Source: Camelus ferus
Taxonomy: Eukaryota
Length of the DNA: 64,000 bases
Reading direction: 5' to 3'
Assembly (NCBI RefSeq): GCF_009834535.1
Contig: NC_045697.1
Coordinates: 42,720,001-42,784,000, forward strand
Within the stretch, counting starts at the first letter, position 1. Each line of letters begins with the position of its first letter. The translations under genes were made by a program, and so were the position numbers. The notes under the pieces are model-generated. The model was not told where the DNA came from. It saw only the letters and a list, made by a program, of their open reading frames with translations, and searched no databases. Shown piece by piece: positions 50,089-62,408 of this stretch.

Positions 50089-50843
50089 CTGTTAACAGCC
50101 CAACAACACAACAATTAGTGAACATGACGGTCAGTGCAGCTCAGGAAGCAACAGCAATTTTGAAAACCGAATTTCTAGCATGACTACTGGTCATATTTCA
50201 TACGATAAAGTCATACAAAATAAATGCCGTTAGTAAATCATATTTATTTTGGTGCCTACTAAAACCTTAAAAACATGAAAACATTTAATAAAATAATCTT
50301 AGTTTATACACAAATGGAATGCTAATAATACTGAGATACACTACGAAGCTTAAAAACACATATTAAAAACTAAACCATAATCTTGAATAATGAAATTTAA
50401 ATTATAATGAGAAGTTTTTGGTGTTGCTGTGGCATTTAGATAGGAACTAAAATTTTACTCTGGCTGTATTCTCCAGTTATTGGAAATGCTAAAAACGATT
50501 CTTCTCTGAGTTCACTATGGTAACATTTTCCCATAAAGAGTGACTTCTAACTTCAAATGATTCAAACCTGCAGGGATCAATTGCCCTTAAACTCAATCTT
50601 TTCGTACTTGAAAGTTGATCTTCACAGCTCTGTTCAATGACAGTATTCAATTTCAAATTTTCAAAGGCTCTGTATTTCATCAATTCCATCTAGCCTGAGG
50701 GATGGCCACTTCAGGGAATTTCAGCATCATCAGTAAGAGTAGAATGTGAATTAAAAAAGCTAATGTTTCTGTGTACTAGTCTCATAATTTTTATTGGAAT
50801 TTATAAAACGATCTTTCAATATTCTTTGGATTTTGATTTATTT

Positions 50844-51022
50844 AATGTATGTATAGAATGTTTCATCTCTACATAATATAAAATTTAATAATAATTATTA
50901 TGGCAGCTAACAGCTATTGAATACTTACTATGTTTCAGGCTCTTGTCTAAGCATTTTGTAAGTATGAACTCATTTAATTTTCCCAACATTCCTATGATGT
51001 AGGTACCTATTATTATCTCCAT
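50844..51022 (+). repeat. Dispersed duplication, copy A
   Basis: About 95% identical to 52383-52562 (8 substitutions and 1 indel by manual alignment). Confidence 0.97.
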
Positions 51023-51979
51023 AATAAACCTATTTTCCATTTCAGCAAAAAATATATTAAACTGGTTGTTTTATTTTCATCTGCTTAAAAGATCCAATTC
51101 TCTTTTACCCTGGTTGCTTCAAAATGCATAAATGACTTTTTTTCCAATAGGAACCATTTATATTTTCATAGCAGAGTCTATTATTTCTGAGACGGTTTCT
51201 AGATTTTCACTGGTAATTTTACTCTTTCCTCTCAAGATCCCCAGAAATTAGAGATGTAAGAATACTACAATTTCCCAGTAAGGGTGCTCAGCAGAATGTC
51301 TTAATGGAGAAAAGCAAAGCACAAAGGATAGGAAATGTACCCCAAATTCAAAACAAGCCTAACTAATCCATGAATTCCCAGATCTAAATACTACATTTTG
51401 CATTTTAAAGGCATTTTTGCATTTTTGCATTTTGCATTTCTTCCTTTTAAGGAAGAAAAGTTCATCGTGTACAGTGATAAATGTCATAAAACACTGAACA
51501 ATGTTCAATTATACACTGAATGAAATACCTTTGACTGAAAAGAATTCAGCAACCAGATGACTAACCATAGCTGCTAAGAAAATATCAGCTCTGTCCCCCT
51601 AAGCCCAGGCTAAGAGCAGGTAGGCACACTTTCCATAGAAAAATATGGCAGATGCTTCCCTATGACTTACTAACTGTTCTGGAGATTATGGAAACACTTG
51701 CAATCTCTAGATTTAGGGAATTCAAATACTTGATTTTAATTTTATAGCCTTTGAGAACATTCAAAGAAAAAGGTTTTAGGAAACTTTGGAAACAGTTAAA
51801 ATTTTTAAATCCTCAAAAAACTTTCAACTTCAACCTTTTGTATGTAATAATCATCCAAGATTCAAATATCCCACACATTTAGACAACTAGATTAGATTAT
51901 ATCTTCTCACTACAGAAAAAACTTAAAGGTAAGGGTTTTTATTACATATAGTGACTACAGAATAATGATTAATACACAC

Positions 51980-52038
51980 CATATAAAACTGCAGACGATA
52001 ATGTTTCTTCACCAAGCTCAGTACAAACATGCAGAAAC
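51980..52038 (-). CDS. CDS1: CDS1 coding exon (likely exon 6)
   Basis: gaacag|GT TTC...ATG|gtgtgt, 59 nt, phase 1-0; FCMFVLSLVKKHYRLQFYM. Confidence 0.96.
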
Positions 52039-52382
52039 CTGTTCAAGAAAAAACAAAACAAAACAAAACAAGACATGTATTTGTTGTGTAATCTGTTACA
52101 AAGTGTAAGACTCACTGGGTTCATGTAAGCCAAATTTCTATACCACATCTAGCCACTCACTCATACACCATCTCTCCTACTCTCATATTAAGCATTTTAA
52201 GTAAAAGTTTCTTGAAGGAAATGATCCTGTGTTCTCCAAAATGCCTAATATATTCCATAGCATAGATTCAATAAACATCCCAGCACTAATTAAGCTAATT
52301 AGTCCTTTGCTAATGTGTGCACATGGAAAAACCTATCCTGAATTTCAGTTAACTAAAATTTATTTGCTATATCCATCCATCA

Positions 52383-52562
52383 AATGTATGTATAGAATGT
52401 TTCAATCTCTACATAATATAAAATTTAATAATAATTATTATGGCAGCTAACAGCTATTGAATACTTACTATGTTTCAGGTTCTTGTCTAAGCATTTTATA
52501 AATATGAACTCATTTAATCCTTCCAATGTTCCTATGATGTAGGTACCTATTATTATCTCCAT
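52383..52562 (+). repeat. Dispersed duplication, copy B, overlapping a reverse MIR that continues to about 52670
   Basis: Direct repeat of 50844-51022; MIR phrases tattgaatacttactatg...tgaactcatttaatcc...ctccattttacagatgaa. Confidence 0.97.
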
Positions 52563-52680
52563 TTTTATCTCCATTTTACAGATGAATAAAAATGCACAAA
52601 CGGCTTTACTAATTTAATGGGGATCATGGAACTACAAAAGAGTCAAACCTTTAGATCCAACTGATCCTCAAGAGTCATGC

Positions 52681-52721
52681 ATTTTTTTTTTTGCATATAT
52701 ATATTTTTATTGACGTATAGG
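52681..52721 (-). mobile_element. Extremely 5'-truncated L1 tail insertion
   Basis: Perfect 10 bp TSD AGAGTCATGC (52671-52680 and 52722-52731); poly-T plus tttttattgacgtatag, resembling the L1 terminus at 41240-41260. Confidence 0.75.
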
Positions 52722-55672
52722 AGAGTCATGCGGTTCTATAAACTGTTATCAGCAAGACTCGGGTTAAGAATAATTTGAAGTTTCTCAGAGCCTTGTTATA
52801 ATAACTATAGTAAAATATAATACTCTTAATAATTTCAAGAATCACAAACAGTATTTTGTTTCTGTTATTTTTTTCTTTCTTTGTTTCTGTTTATATCCTA
52901 CAAATTTATTACAATGAAATTTTACTAAATAAAAATTCTACCTAATTAATTGAAATCTAATAATTATATATACTAAATAATAGGAGGCAATATGAAGCAC
53001 TTTTTGCCCAATGTATCAATAAAGTTCTAAAGATCCTAAGTATTTTTTTTTTTACAGACATAGATTGGGAAATGCATAAGTGAAGTTTAATTTTAGATCA
53101 GCAGCCACTCATGCATCCTATTCTGCAATATCTTCAGAGAGTGAATTCTCTGAGATAGAAAATGAACTGTCAGTCTAGCCCATGTGAAATAAACACTAGA
53201 CTTTGTATATCCAAGTTATACTCCCCAAAGCAAGTCTACCCACTAGGGTAAGCGAGGTTACTACTACTCTGACCAGAGCAAAGAATCAAACAATAGCTGT
53301 CTTCAGCTGTTTTTTGATGAGTGACTTGGAATGTCAGTGGAAAGGATGATGATAAAGGAAGAAAATGCATACTGGCTCCCAGATCCTACCTCACCTCCTA
53401 TTTGTCATCTACAGAATCTGACTGGTTGAACTGCAAAAGAAATATGGAAACATTTTCTGAGTAGAGGCACAAGTGACAGCCATATGTCACTTTCTTCAGA
53501 GAAAGAAAGGGGGGGGGGTGTTAAGACATGGAATTCATGGCACTGAAATCACCAGTAGCTTAAAAGACCTCTTTAAAAATCACTGCTTTTAATTTTTTCT
53601 TCCCTAGCAGGTAGACCTGCGGCTCAAGGAATAATGAAAGTTCTATGCTGTTTTATGCCATTAGCCTATGGTTGAAGGCGAATGGAGACTGGACTTGGTT
53701 CGGAAGCTAATGGGATAAGAGCAAAGCAGACACACGGCAGATGCCTCTGGAATCTCCCCTTCTGTCCAAATGGACCTCGCCGGCTCTGCCAGCACGGTCT
53801 CGGGGACTTCTCAACATCACTGACGATGAATTATCTCCCACATACTCCAACATGTCTGGTTTCCTCTTTCTTGAAATTGTGTAATATTGTTCACCCTTAA
53901 GTCTTTCTTCAAACAAAATTACCAGCAGACTCATTTAACGCTTTCCTAATGATCATTTTATCCAGGAGAGCTTGGCAACTCACTTTTACCTGATCCAATT
54001 TCACTGTTACATCAAGTTAACATGCAGCGTTTTAGGGTGTTCTAATAGAGGGTACAATTATCCGACTCCGAGATACATTAAGACAGTTCTTTGAATTTGG
54101 GGGAGAATGGTGTAAAGGGTTTTCCTAGCATGTCTAAGGTTAAGTATTATTTTCAAACAAAAAGAATCTGAAACAGGAACATATAAATTTACTTTTTCAT
54201 TCACAACCATCTACTTATGTGTGTATTTTAAATTTACATATGTAAAAATACATATGTGCTATATTGCAACAAGTCTATGGAAAGGATAACTTTGTACATT
54301 TGGATCCCCACTTTTACTTTTTAATTAATAAAGAATATTTGTATGGTTATATTTCCAATTAAAATTACAGGACTTGTTACAGTATTGTAAATAAAACTAT
54401 TCATTGAAAAAGCTTCCTAACACATGGTTGTTGATAGGTAATTATGTTTAGTTACACTTACTGATCACCAGTTTATACACAACACTGTGCCTGGCGCTGT
54501 CCATGCGAAGATGTGTATTGCCCAGTACCCAAGAGGTCCCAGGTGGTTAGGGAGACCCAGCTACCCAACAGACTAAACAGTGGTGTATTCAACAAGAACA
54601 AAAAAAGAATGTGATTTCTAAAGGAGTCAGGAGAAGCAAATGGGGGGAAAAAGATATTGAAAAGTCCAAAAGATGGGATAGAGGGAATTTCAGAAAAATG
54701 GACAATCAAAAGTTGTGTATTGAGCACTTAAGATGCACCAGGCACAAGATACAAAAAACGGATAAGACAGTTGTTCCAGAGAGCTCACAGTCTAGCTGAA
54801 GAGACAGAACATATAAAGAAATAATACAGTTGTTTTTAAAATTTCTTATTGGTGATTAACCAATTCAATAAACACATATAGTCCTTAAATCAAAAAGGAG
54901 ACAGATGGACCCAGATTAAATCCTAGAGCTTACTGACTCATCCCTCACCCTTTCATGAGGCTCTGTTTTTCAATACACTCACCTAACTAATCAGAACTCC
55001 AAAACATTTGAAATATCACATTTAAAAAATTCAGAAGCACACTGTATTATGTGTGCCCATATTCAGAATACAACTGAGTTGTTTTTTAAAAAAGTTTTTA
55101 AGCAACCATGCATTGTAGAAATTCACATAAACCAACCATATTAGGCTAAGACAAAAAAGTTTTCTCTTAATCTGCCTGGTGAGTATATGGTGCAGAACAA
55201 GACTAGCAGGTGTACATATTCTATTCAGCTTTAATTCAAAAACTGTAAGTGGTTTTGGAGATACAGTCCCTTATGAATAGTTATGTGTGGTATCTTTCTA
55301 AAGAGTTTATCAACATCCTTTGAGATAAAAGATATTCAGGATGTCTGGGAAAAAATTCCTAATCATGCATTAATTTTAGCTATAATTTAATCTTACATGT
55401 CCATTGATTTTCTTGAATTCAAAGTATTATATTCAAGTCATAACTTCTCCTTAAAGTTTTTAAAAATGAAATAGTAATGCATAAATATAAGCAAAATAAA
55501 TACTAAACATAATAGGCCTGTAATATGCCTATCACAGGTTGGCTAAAGAGATCTTCAGGTGATATTATTAAGGGTCCAACATCTTAAGCTTATTCATCCA
55601 TCATTATGAGACATGTGGTCACATGTCTGGTCTCATTTCTAAAGGGCCTCCAATCTAAACCGCCAAGATCTA

Positions 55673-55809
55673 GGGGGAGGGTATAGCTCAGTGGTAGAGT
55701 GCGTGCCTAGCATGCACTAGGTTCTGGGTTCAATCCCCAGTACCTCCATTAAAAATAAATAAACCTAATTACTTCCCTTAAATAAATAAATAAATAGATA
55801 GATAAAAGA
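55673..55809 (+). mobile_element. tRNA-derived SINE (camelid Vic-1-like)
   Basis: A box TAGCTCAGTGG, B box GGTTCAATCC, A-rich tail, 16 bp TSD taaaccgccaagatct / taagccaccaagatct (14 of 16 match). Confidence 0.9.
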
Positions 55810-56339
55810 TAAGCCACCAAGATCTTTTTACAATATATCTAGATTCTAGAGAAAATGTTGTTCCTATGATTTTCTCTTTGCTATCAAATTCGTTTTACGA
55901 TAAAATTATCTAAGTGTCATAATGACTTCCAGGTCCTAGTCATTTGGTATGATATTAAACAAGTCATTTAATCTGTGTGCCTTGGTGAAAGGATCAGACC
56001 TGGATAGATCTACATTTTATTTTACTAAAATTCAATGTCAGTGAGAGAGCTTGTGTTGTCTCTGCTTTTTAAATCTGCTAAGACCTATACAAAGTCATTT
56101 GCCCACCGCAGAACTAAAATTTGGACAGGACCTTTGGAATGTTGTTTAATGAGAAGAATTCCAAAGATTTTTCACAGCATAATGAGAGAAAGGTACCAAT
56201 ATCTCAAGAGAGCACACTTTCTACTTCCTTACTCCTGTTTTAAAGTCTAATTCCATTTTCTAGACTAAGCTCATGAGTGTTGCCAATCACTTCAAGAATC
56301 ACCAGTAAGGCCTCAAGAACCAGCAACCAACACACTGAT

Positions 56340-56580
56340 CAAGATTTGCAGGTACTAACTACTACACATAAAATAGATAAACAACAAGTTTCTACTGTAT
56401 AGCAGAGGTAACTATAGTCAATATCTTACAGTAGCCTATAATGAAAAAGAATATGAAAAGGATTATATGTGTGTATATGGATGACTGAAACATTATGCTG
56501 TACACCAGAAATTGATGCAACATTGTACACTGACTAGACTTCAATTAAAATAATAATAACAATAAGCCATAAAAAAAAGA
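56340..56580 (+). mobile_element. L1 3'UTR end, same family as 41233-41881
   Basis: aaatagataaacaacaagtttctactgtatagcag...tgctgtacaccagaaattga...ttcaattaaaa plus A-rich tail. Confidence 0.88.
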
Positions 56581-56854
56581 AGCACTCTGTGTCAATGTGC
56601 ATGTTCTCAGCCTCTTGATCATTCATCCAATAAATGTGTGCTGGGAACCTGCATACCAGACCCTGTGCTAAGCACTGGGAATTAAAAAAAATAAGAGAGA
56701 CACAAAGTGGGTAATTATGGTTTAACAGGACCATATTTAGGACACACATAAAATGATAACAGATATAGAATACGAGGCATGATTTATATCGAAAATTTCA
56801 TTCGAGTAGCTCCGTGTTTACTACAAAGTTGCATTTTAAAAGTACATTTGTTTC

Positions 56855-56952
56855 GGGGGAGGATAATAGCTCAGTGGTAGAGCGCATGTTTGGCATGCCC
56901 AAGGTCCTGGCTTCAATCCCCAGTACCACCACTTAATTAATTAATTAAATAT
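56855..56952 (+). mobile_element. Short tRNA-derived SINE (Vic-1-like head plus TTAA tail)
   Basis: gggggaggataatagctcagtggtagag...cttcaatccccagtacc; TSD-like aagtacatttgt / aagtacattcgt. Confidence 0.85.
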
Positions 56953-56964
56953 AAGTACATTCGT

Positions 56965-57110
56965 AAGACTGATAATGTCAACATTCTGGTATGATCTTAC
57001 ACTGTAGTTTTCCAGAATATTACCACTGGTGGAAACTAAGCAAAGTATATAAGGGATATCTCTATTATTTCCTACAGCTACATGCAAATATACAATTATC
57101 TCAACAACAA
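56965..57110 (+). mobile_element. L1MC-like 3' terminal fragment
   Basis: taccactggtggaaact...gggatatctctattatttcctacagctacatgcaaatatacaattatctcaa. Confidence 0.7.
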
Positions 57111-57269
57111 CAACAACAAAAAATGTTGTAGGCCAAGAATTCGGGATACAAAAGCAATTTTTCATAGATAAACAATAACTGGTTTTTAAGATCAGCCAAT
57201 AGTATTTTAATTTTTTTTTTAATTTATAGCCTTCATAGTATTAAATATAAGCCTAAATGGTTCAGGCCC

Positions 57270-57845
57270 TCATTATATTTAGGGCAAATTAGAGTAGTGG
57301 CTTCCTATCTTATCACTATTAATGTCTCCCAACACATCCTGCATTTAATTACAAATTTGGTCATATTATACTCTTAGCTTAAAATCCTTCAGTGGTTTCC
57401 GAGGGATAAAGCCCAAATCCTTCCCACGATACACAAAGCTTCTCAAGATGTGGCTCCTGCCTACCTTTGCAAATCTCAGGGCTGCCACTGGTCCCGAACA
57501 TGCCATCCTCTCATTCCCAAAAGCCTGCACAGCTGCTCCCTCTGCCTGGAATGCCCTTTCCCACTATCCCCCTGGCAAACACCTGCTTCTTCTTTGCTTT
57601 TCACAACATTTGTCATCTCTTCGCAAAGGCCTTCTATGGCCTTCCCACCCCAACATAGCAAGGCCCTCCTTCCCCTCCTCCTCGCTCTTAGAGATCCTTG
57701 TTCACATTTCAGCAATAAACCAGGGAACACGTGTCTCAGCAGTTACAAGACCCTGGAAGGTATGCTACCAGCGTTATTTCCCCTTGTATCCTCAACACCA
57801 CAAACTGTACCAGCACTTGGAAAGCACTCAAGTATTTGTTGAAAA
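57270..57845 (+). mobile_element. L2 LINE fragment
   Basis: cttaaaatccttcagtggtttcc...gctgctccctctgcctggaatgccctt...ctcaagtatttgttgaa. Confidence 0.8.
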
Positions 57846-58569
57846 AACAACACTGATGACTTTCAATGAGCTTCTGCGATTCTCTATAAAAGAGCAAGTG
57901 GTAAGCGATATCCATGGCAGAAATCAGTTAGAAAAAGAAGAAATATTGATCTTATTTTATAAAAGTAGAGTCAGAAAGTTTAGGGGATGAACAAATAATT
58001 ACTAAAAAGGGTTGGTTGGGACTGCTATCATGTATACAATGTTATAAAAAGAAACAAGAAAGAAAATAAGTTACATTGTCTTTACCCTCTCAATTGAGAA
58101 GTTACTCTCAAGTGTTTAAGTTATAGCAAACATAAAGGGAATATAAGCCAAGGAAATAGTCGTTGCCTTATTTTCTGACGTTCTCCCCATCAGATTTTGC
58201 TATACGCACATCAACAGAGATGTAACTGCAGCTATGGGAAAAGTGAGATAGGTTTAGATATGCTGACATAAAACCACTCATACACTATATTAAGTGGGGG
58301 GAAAAAACAGGTACAGAATAGTCTGGTCTCATTTGTGTGAGAAAATGAGGGAAGGTGGATATGACCCTATCAGCCTGAATGCTCAAAAAGTGTCTGGAAT
58401 AGTGGCAGTAAGACCCCAGAGACAGTAAGTGAGGCTCTGAGGTAGGAGGGAGATATCATGCAATACTCCTTTTCAGTCTGAATTTTTCCTGTGGGAATAT
58501 ATTATGTTTTCATTTTTAACAACTAGTTTTGAAAAACCAACCTAGGTGAGGATTCCCAAGCCACCTGGC

Positions 58570-58835
58570 TTTTGGCACACTCCCTACTCAGAAGCCAGCC
58601 GTGGTGCTCCCAGTGCCAAGCCCCAGAGAGAGGCCACCCGTGGGGGCTCAGGGCAGGAGCCAGCACTAACTGTGGCCATGAGAGAGCCACCTCAGGCACC
58701 TAGCCCACTTGGGACTTAAGTGACCAGCACTGTCTCCATCTGACCACAACCAGAGGGGAGGCCCTCAGTTAGAACTGCTCAGTGAAGCCCAGTCAATCCA
58801 GGACAAGGAGAAAAAAGAACAAATTGTTGACTTTA
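58570..58835 (+). mobile_element. MLT1-like (MaLR) LTR fragment
   Basis: gccagcactaactgtggccatgagagagcca...agaactgctcagtgaagcccagtcaatcca...aaattgttg. Confidence 0.7.
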
Positions 58836-60969
58836 GCAAAGGGAAAATAAAATACTAGTCAAAGACTTTTGTTTTAAAATGGCAGCTTGATCATGGACAT
58901 TTATTTCTATTCCATCTTGGTAGCCCAATAAATCACGTTAAAGAAATTGAGGCAAAAACCTACAGGGCAAAGAGAACTAAAGAAATGTCAAGGAAAACAG
59001 AAGAGAAATGGCTATAAAATTTGGAAGCTGGAAAACAGACTGGATGACTTTCAGCAGACTTGAGAAATCAGGGCAACTAGAAGTATCCTCCAGAGAAGAC
59101 TGAGCGGCAGAGGCTGAGCAGCGGAAGGCAGGGCTGAGGCCTGGACTTCCAAGCTTGAGTGTTAAGCAAAGGTCGGCTGCTAACAAGTGGGGCCAAAGCA
59201 GTCAGTTGTGAGACAGAATAAAGACGTCAATTAGAAATGTATGAACATAAAACGCTGACCTTCTAAGCACATGTCAAAGCAAACGATTAGAGGCTATGCC
59301 TCGGCAGAATGAGGGTGTTATCCCAGAAACTGGAAGACACAGGATGGAAGAAACGGAAGAGCCAAACTGCAAGGGGACAGCTGGGCAGCAGGCTTACAGG
59401 TGGGCAGGGCAAATAAGAACAGGACCCCGCGGTCCCTGGGACAGAGGTCTCCTGGGAAAAAGGGATCTGACAACTCTTTGATTTGTGTGAACATTTGGAA
59501 AAAATGACGAATAGATATGGGATAGACTCAAAAGGAAAATTAAGGATTCCTACGCACAAATTATGAAGGTGGAAAAGAAAAGCTCAAAGAGCAACTATTA
59601 AGTTCAGGAAAAATTCAAACTTGTTAAAAAAAAACAAAACAGAAACGTAATGAAAGATACTACTTGGCTCCATAGAAAGGGGTATTTTATGTATCTGTTT
59701 AAAAACATAAAAATGACAATAAAAAACTAAGTATAGAGAAATGAGGTTATTACAGGAAGTCAATAGACAATGCCTAAAATAAGTTAAGACACAGGCATAT
59801 TACTTAGAAAAGTGAAAAAAAAAACCTGTAAGTGTGGGGTGCAGGGTTATCGTTTATATTACAAGTCTTTTGACAATATCTGCTTTTTAAACTAAAAGAC
59901 ATATTAATGATATAAATGATTAATGTTTTAATTAATTATAATTTTACTATTAAGAAATTATAAAAATAATTATATATGAAATAGTTGTTGTGTTCAATAA
60001 CAAAAGTCACCATAGATACTTATCTTGCTAAAATTATTTTTTAAACTCAAAATGCCAGAAAAGAAGTCTTGTCAGTCTAAATATAAACTGAGAAGTTACT
60101 GTATTCTTCTCCCCTTTAATAATAAAGAATTCATCCCAGAATTTACCTTACATTTAACAAAATAAATCAAGTTTCTCTGTTTGATAAGTGAGAGAAACTA
60201 CTCAAAGTTTCTACCAAGAAAAAAAGTCACAAACATGCTTTAATAAACATAAAATCAGAGTCAAGTGTTTTATTCCCCAAATTTTAGCTGTTAGCAGTTA
60301 TCATTAATCTCTCTATAATCATGATTCTTCTAAACTGATTAGAATTTCAAATGGAATGACTATCTTAGAATGAATAACTTCTTTTGCCCCAGAAATGACA
60401 GAAATACTTTTCAATATCTATTTCTAAGAATTAAGATAACTATATTCAACAGTTACATTCAATATCTCCAAGAGCCTATTTTACATACACCATTTATAAT
60501 TCAAAAAAAAAAAAAAAAAAAGTAATGGACTGAGATACTTGGACTTCACAAAAACCTGAATTAAAATGGGAAATTTCTTTGGAAAACGTAGGTCCTCCTG
60601 CCCCAAAAATGATTCTCTGAAAATTACCATTATCATTTCAGATTATATTTCATTCTCTGGCCTTCTAGAATTATAAATAAAAGAGAGCAAGATCTGAAGG
60701 GGTGTTTATTAAAGTAGGAGCACCATGAAGAACAGTATCATAATTACCGAATAAAGTGACATGCTTTTAAAGGACTGGACTTTCATCCCCGTACACTCTA
60801 TACTTTTTTGTTTAATGAGAAATGGAAAGTCATCCATATTGTATTCATTTTCCAAAATTATACCAACTGGGTAAAAATTAATTTACTGAGAAACTCCTCA
60901 GAGCTAAAACAGTAACTATTAAGAGCTAAAGAGAAACTAACAAATTTCATTTTCTCCTTTAAAAGTGAA

Positions 60970-61120
60970 AATAATAATAATAATAAATATTAAAATAGTG
61001 CCAGGTACTGTTCTAAGTGCCTTACAAAGAAACTGAGGCACAGATAGATTAATTAAATTTCCTAAAGTTTATTCAGCGACCAAGTGGTGGAACCAGGATT
61101 CATATTGGCAATCTAAGTTT
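60970..61120 (-). mobile_element. MIR SINE fragment
   Basis: gtgccaggtactgttctaagtgc...gaaactgaggcacaga...gtggtggaaccaggattc. Confidence 0.8.
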
Positions 61121-61477
61121 TAAAAAGTACGTTATCTAAATCAATTCCTTATAAATTATTTTATGATTCATAAACTTTTATGCAAAATAAATCTGTTAAT
61201 TCTAATGTTATCCTAAGTATCTGATTCTTAATTAATTATTTGTTTTTTATTTTTCAGTTTTATTAGGTAGAATTGTTACAATTTGACAGCACATATACAA
61301 TATATTGCATGTAAATACATCTACACAATATACTGCACATATTTTTTTAATTCACATATATGTACTATTCATTGTTTCTAAAAACACTTAGAACTTTAGT
61401 TTTTTAAACTTACATAGTTCTGATTCCTAATGTAAAATCATAAAAACATGACACAGCATACTATAAAGAAATATGCA

Positions 61478-61515
61478 TATTATATATATAATATATTTTA
61501 TATATATATATATAC

Positions 61516-61559
<44 letters not shown>

Positions 61560-61560
61560 A
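61478..61560. repeat. Compound (TA)n(CA)n microsatellite
   Basis: Interrupted TA run followed by a CA run. Confidence 0.95.
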
Positions 61561-61953
61561 CCATGTCAATAAAACCAAGTACCCTGATTAATTCTATATG
61601 GAAACTCTATTTCTGAGGGACAAAGAAAGCAACGTGAAATCGTGTATGTGAAAGTTTCTTTGTAAATTATACTTGGTTAATGATCAGTCCATATATTTAT
61701 AGGTTTGTTTACTACAATTTGCAAAGAAAATGTTCAAATGTATGAGGTGTCTATTAAGCAAATTTTTTTTAACAATAGGGAGTAATTGCTATTTAACACC
61801 ATGATGAAAGAAATATCTTTTTATACATGATATATAAAAGAAAAGCTGGATAAAATGTACAAATAAAGGATGCTGTGAATTTAAATAACATAAAAAATAA
61901 GCATGTAACACATATTGGCTACATATGAATACAGAATATTTTCCTTAACTTAC

Positions 61954-62093
61954 CTGCCAGATAGAGGGCAAATGATATAAATCTGTGGTAGCGAATGAGG
62001 AACTGAAGTTGCTCTTCTCTTTGAACAAATGTAGCAAAATAATCAGCTACAGTCTCTCCATAGAAAAAGTAATTTACACACAGTAGAAAGTAC
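61954..62093 (-). CDS. CDS1: CDS1 coding exon (likely exon 5); earlier exons lie outside the window
   Basis: attatag|G TAC...GCA G|gtaagt, 140 nt, phase 2-1; [46 protein letters not shown]. Confidence 0.97.
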
Positions 62094-62367
62094 CTATAAT
62101 TTAAAAACAATTAGCTTTTTTTATATTTGGAACTTTTCCCCCTGAAACTCAGTAAAACTATTTTCTACATTTTGATGATGCCACAAAGATCAAAACCAAG
62201 TTTAGAAGACTAGTTCAGGATATATTCCACCAAAGTGTTTTTTTCCCCATTTCAAATTTAATTTCTAACTTATCAGTCAACAAAAATTTACTGAATATAG
62301 TTCATGTCTTTAGTTAGCTCAAAATCTAATGCCAGAGACAAATAATTAAGAAACAATGTAGAAAATA

Positions 62368-62368
<1 letters not shown>

Positions 62369-62406
<38 letters not shown>
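62369..62406. repeat. (CA)n microsatellite
   Basis: Perfect AC run of about 19 units. Confidence 0.97.

Positions 62407-62408
<2 letters not shown>

Noticed and set aside
50489..50689. 66 aa ATG-initiated ORF on the CDS1 strand preceded by ctag, a possible cryptic exon
   Set aside because: No polypyrimidine tract before the AG, no recognisable homology, and the CDS1 frame is complete without it; a conservation check could revisit it
55673..55746. Possible tRNA gene (Ala-like head with A and B boxes)
   Set aside because: It has a SINE body, A-rich tail and TSD and no convincing acceptor stem, so it is a retroposed SINE; the same applies to 56855-56930
57448..57990. 180 aa ORF with overlapping ORFs
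   Set aside because: It lies within a decayed L2 fragment; non-ATG start and no protein similarity
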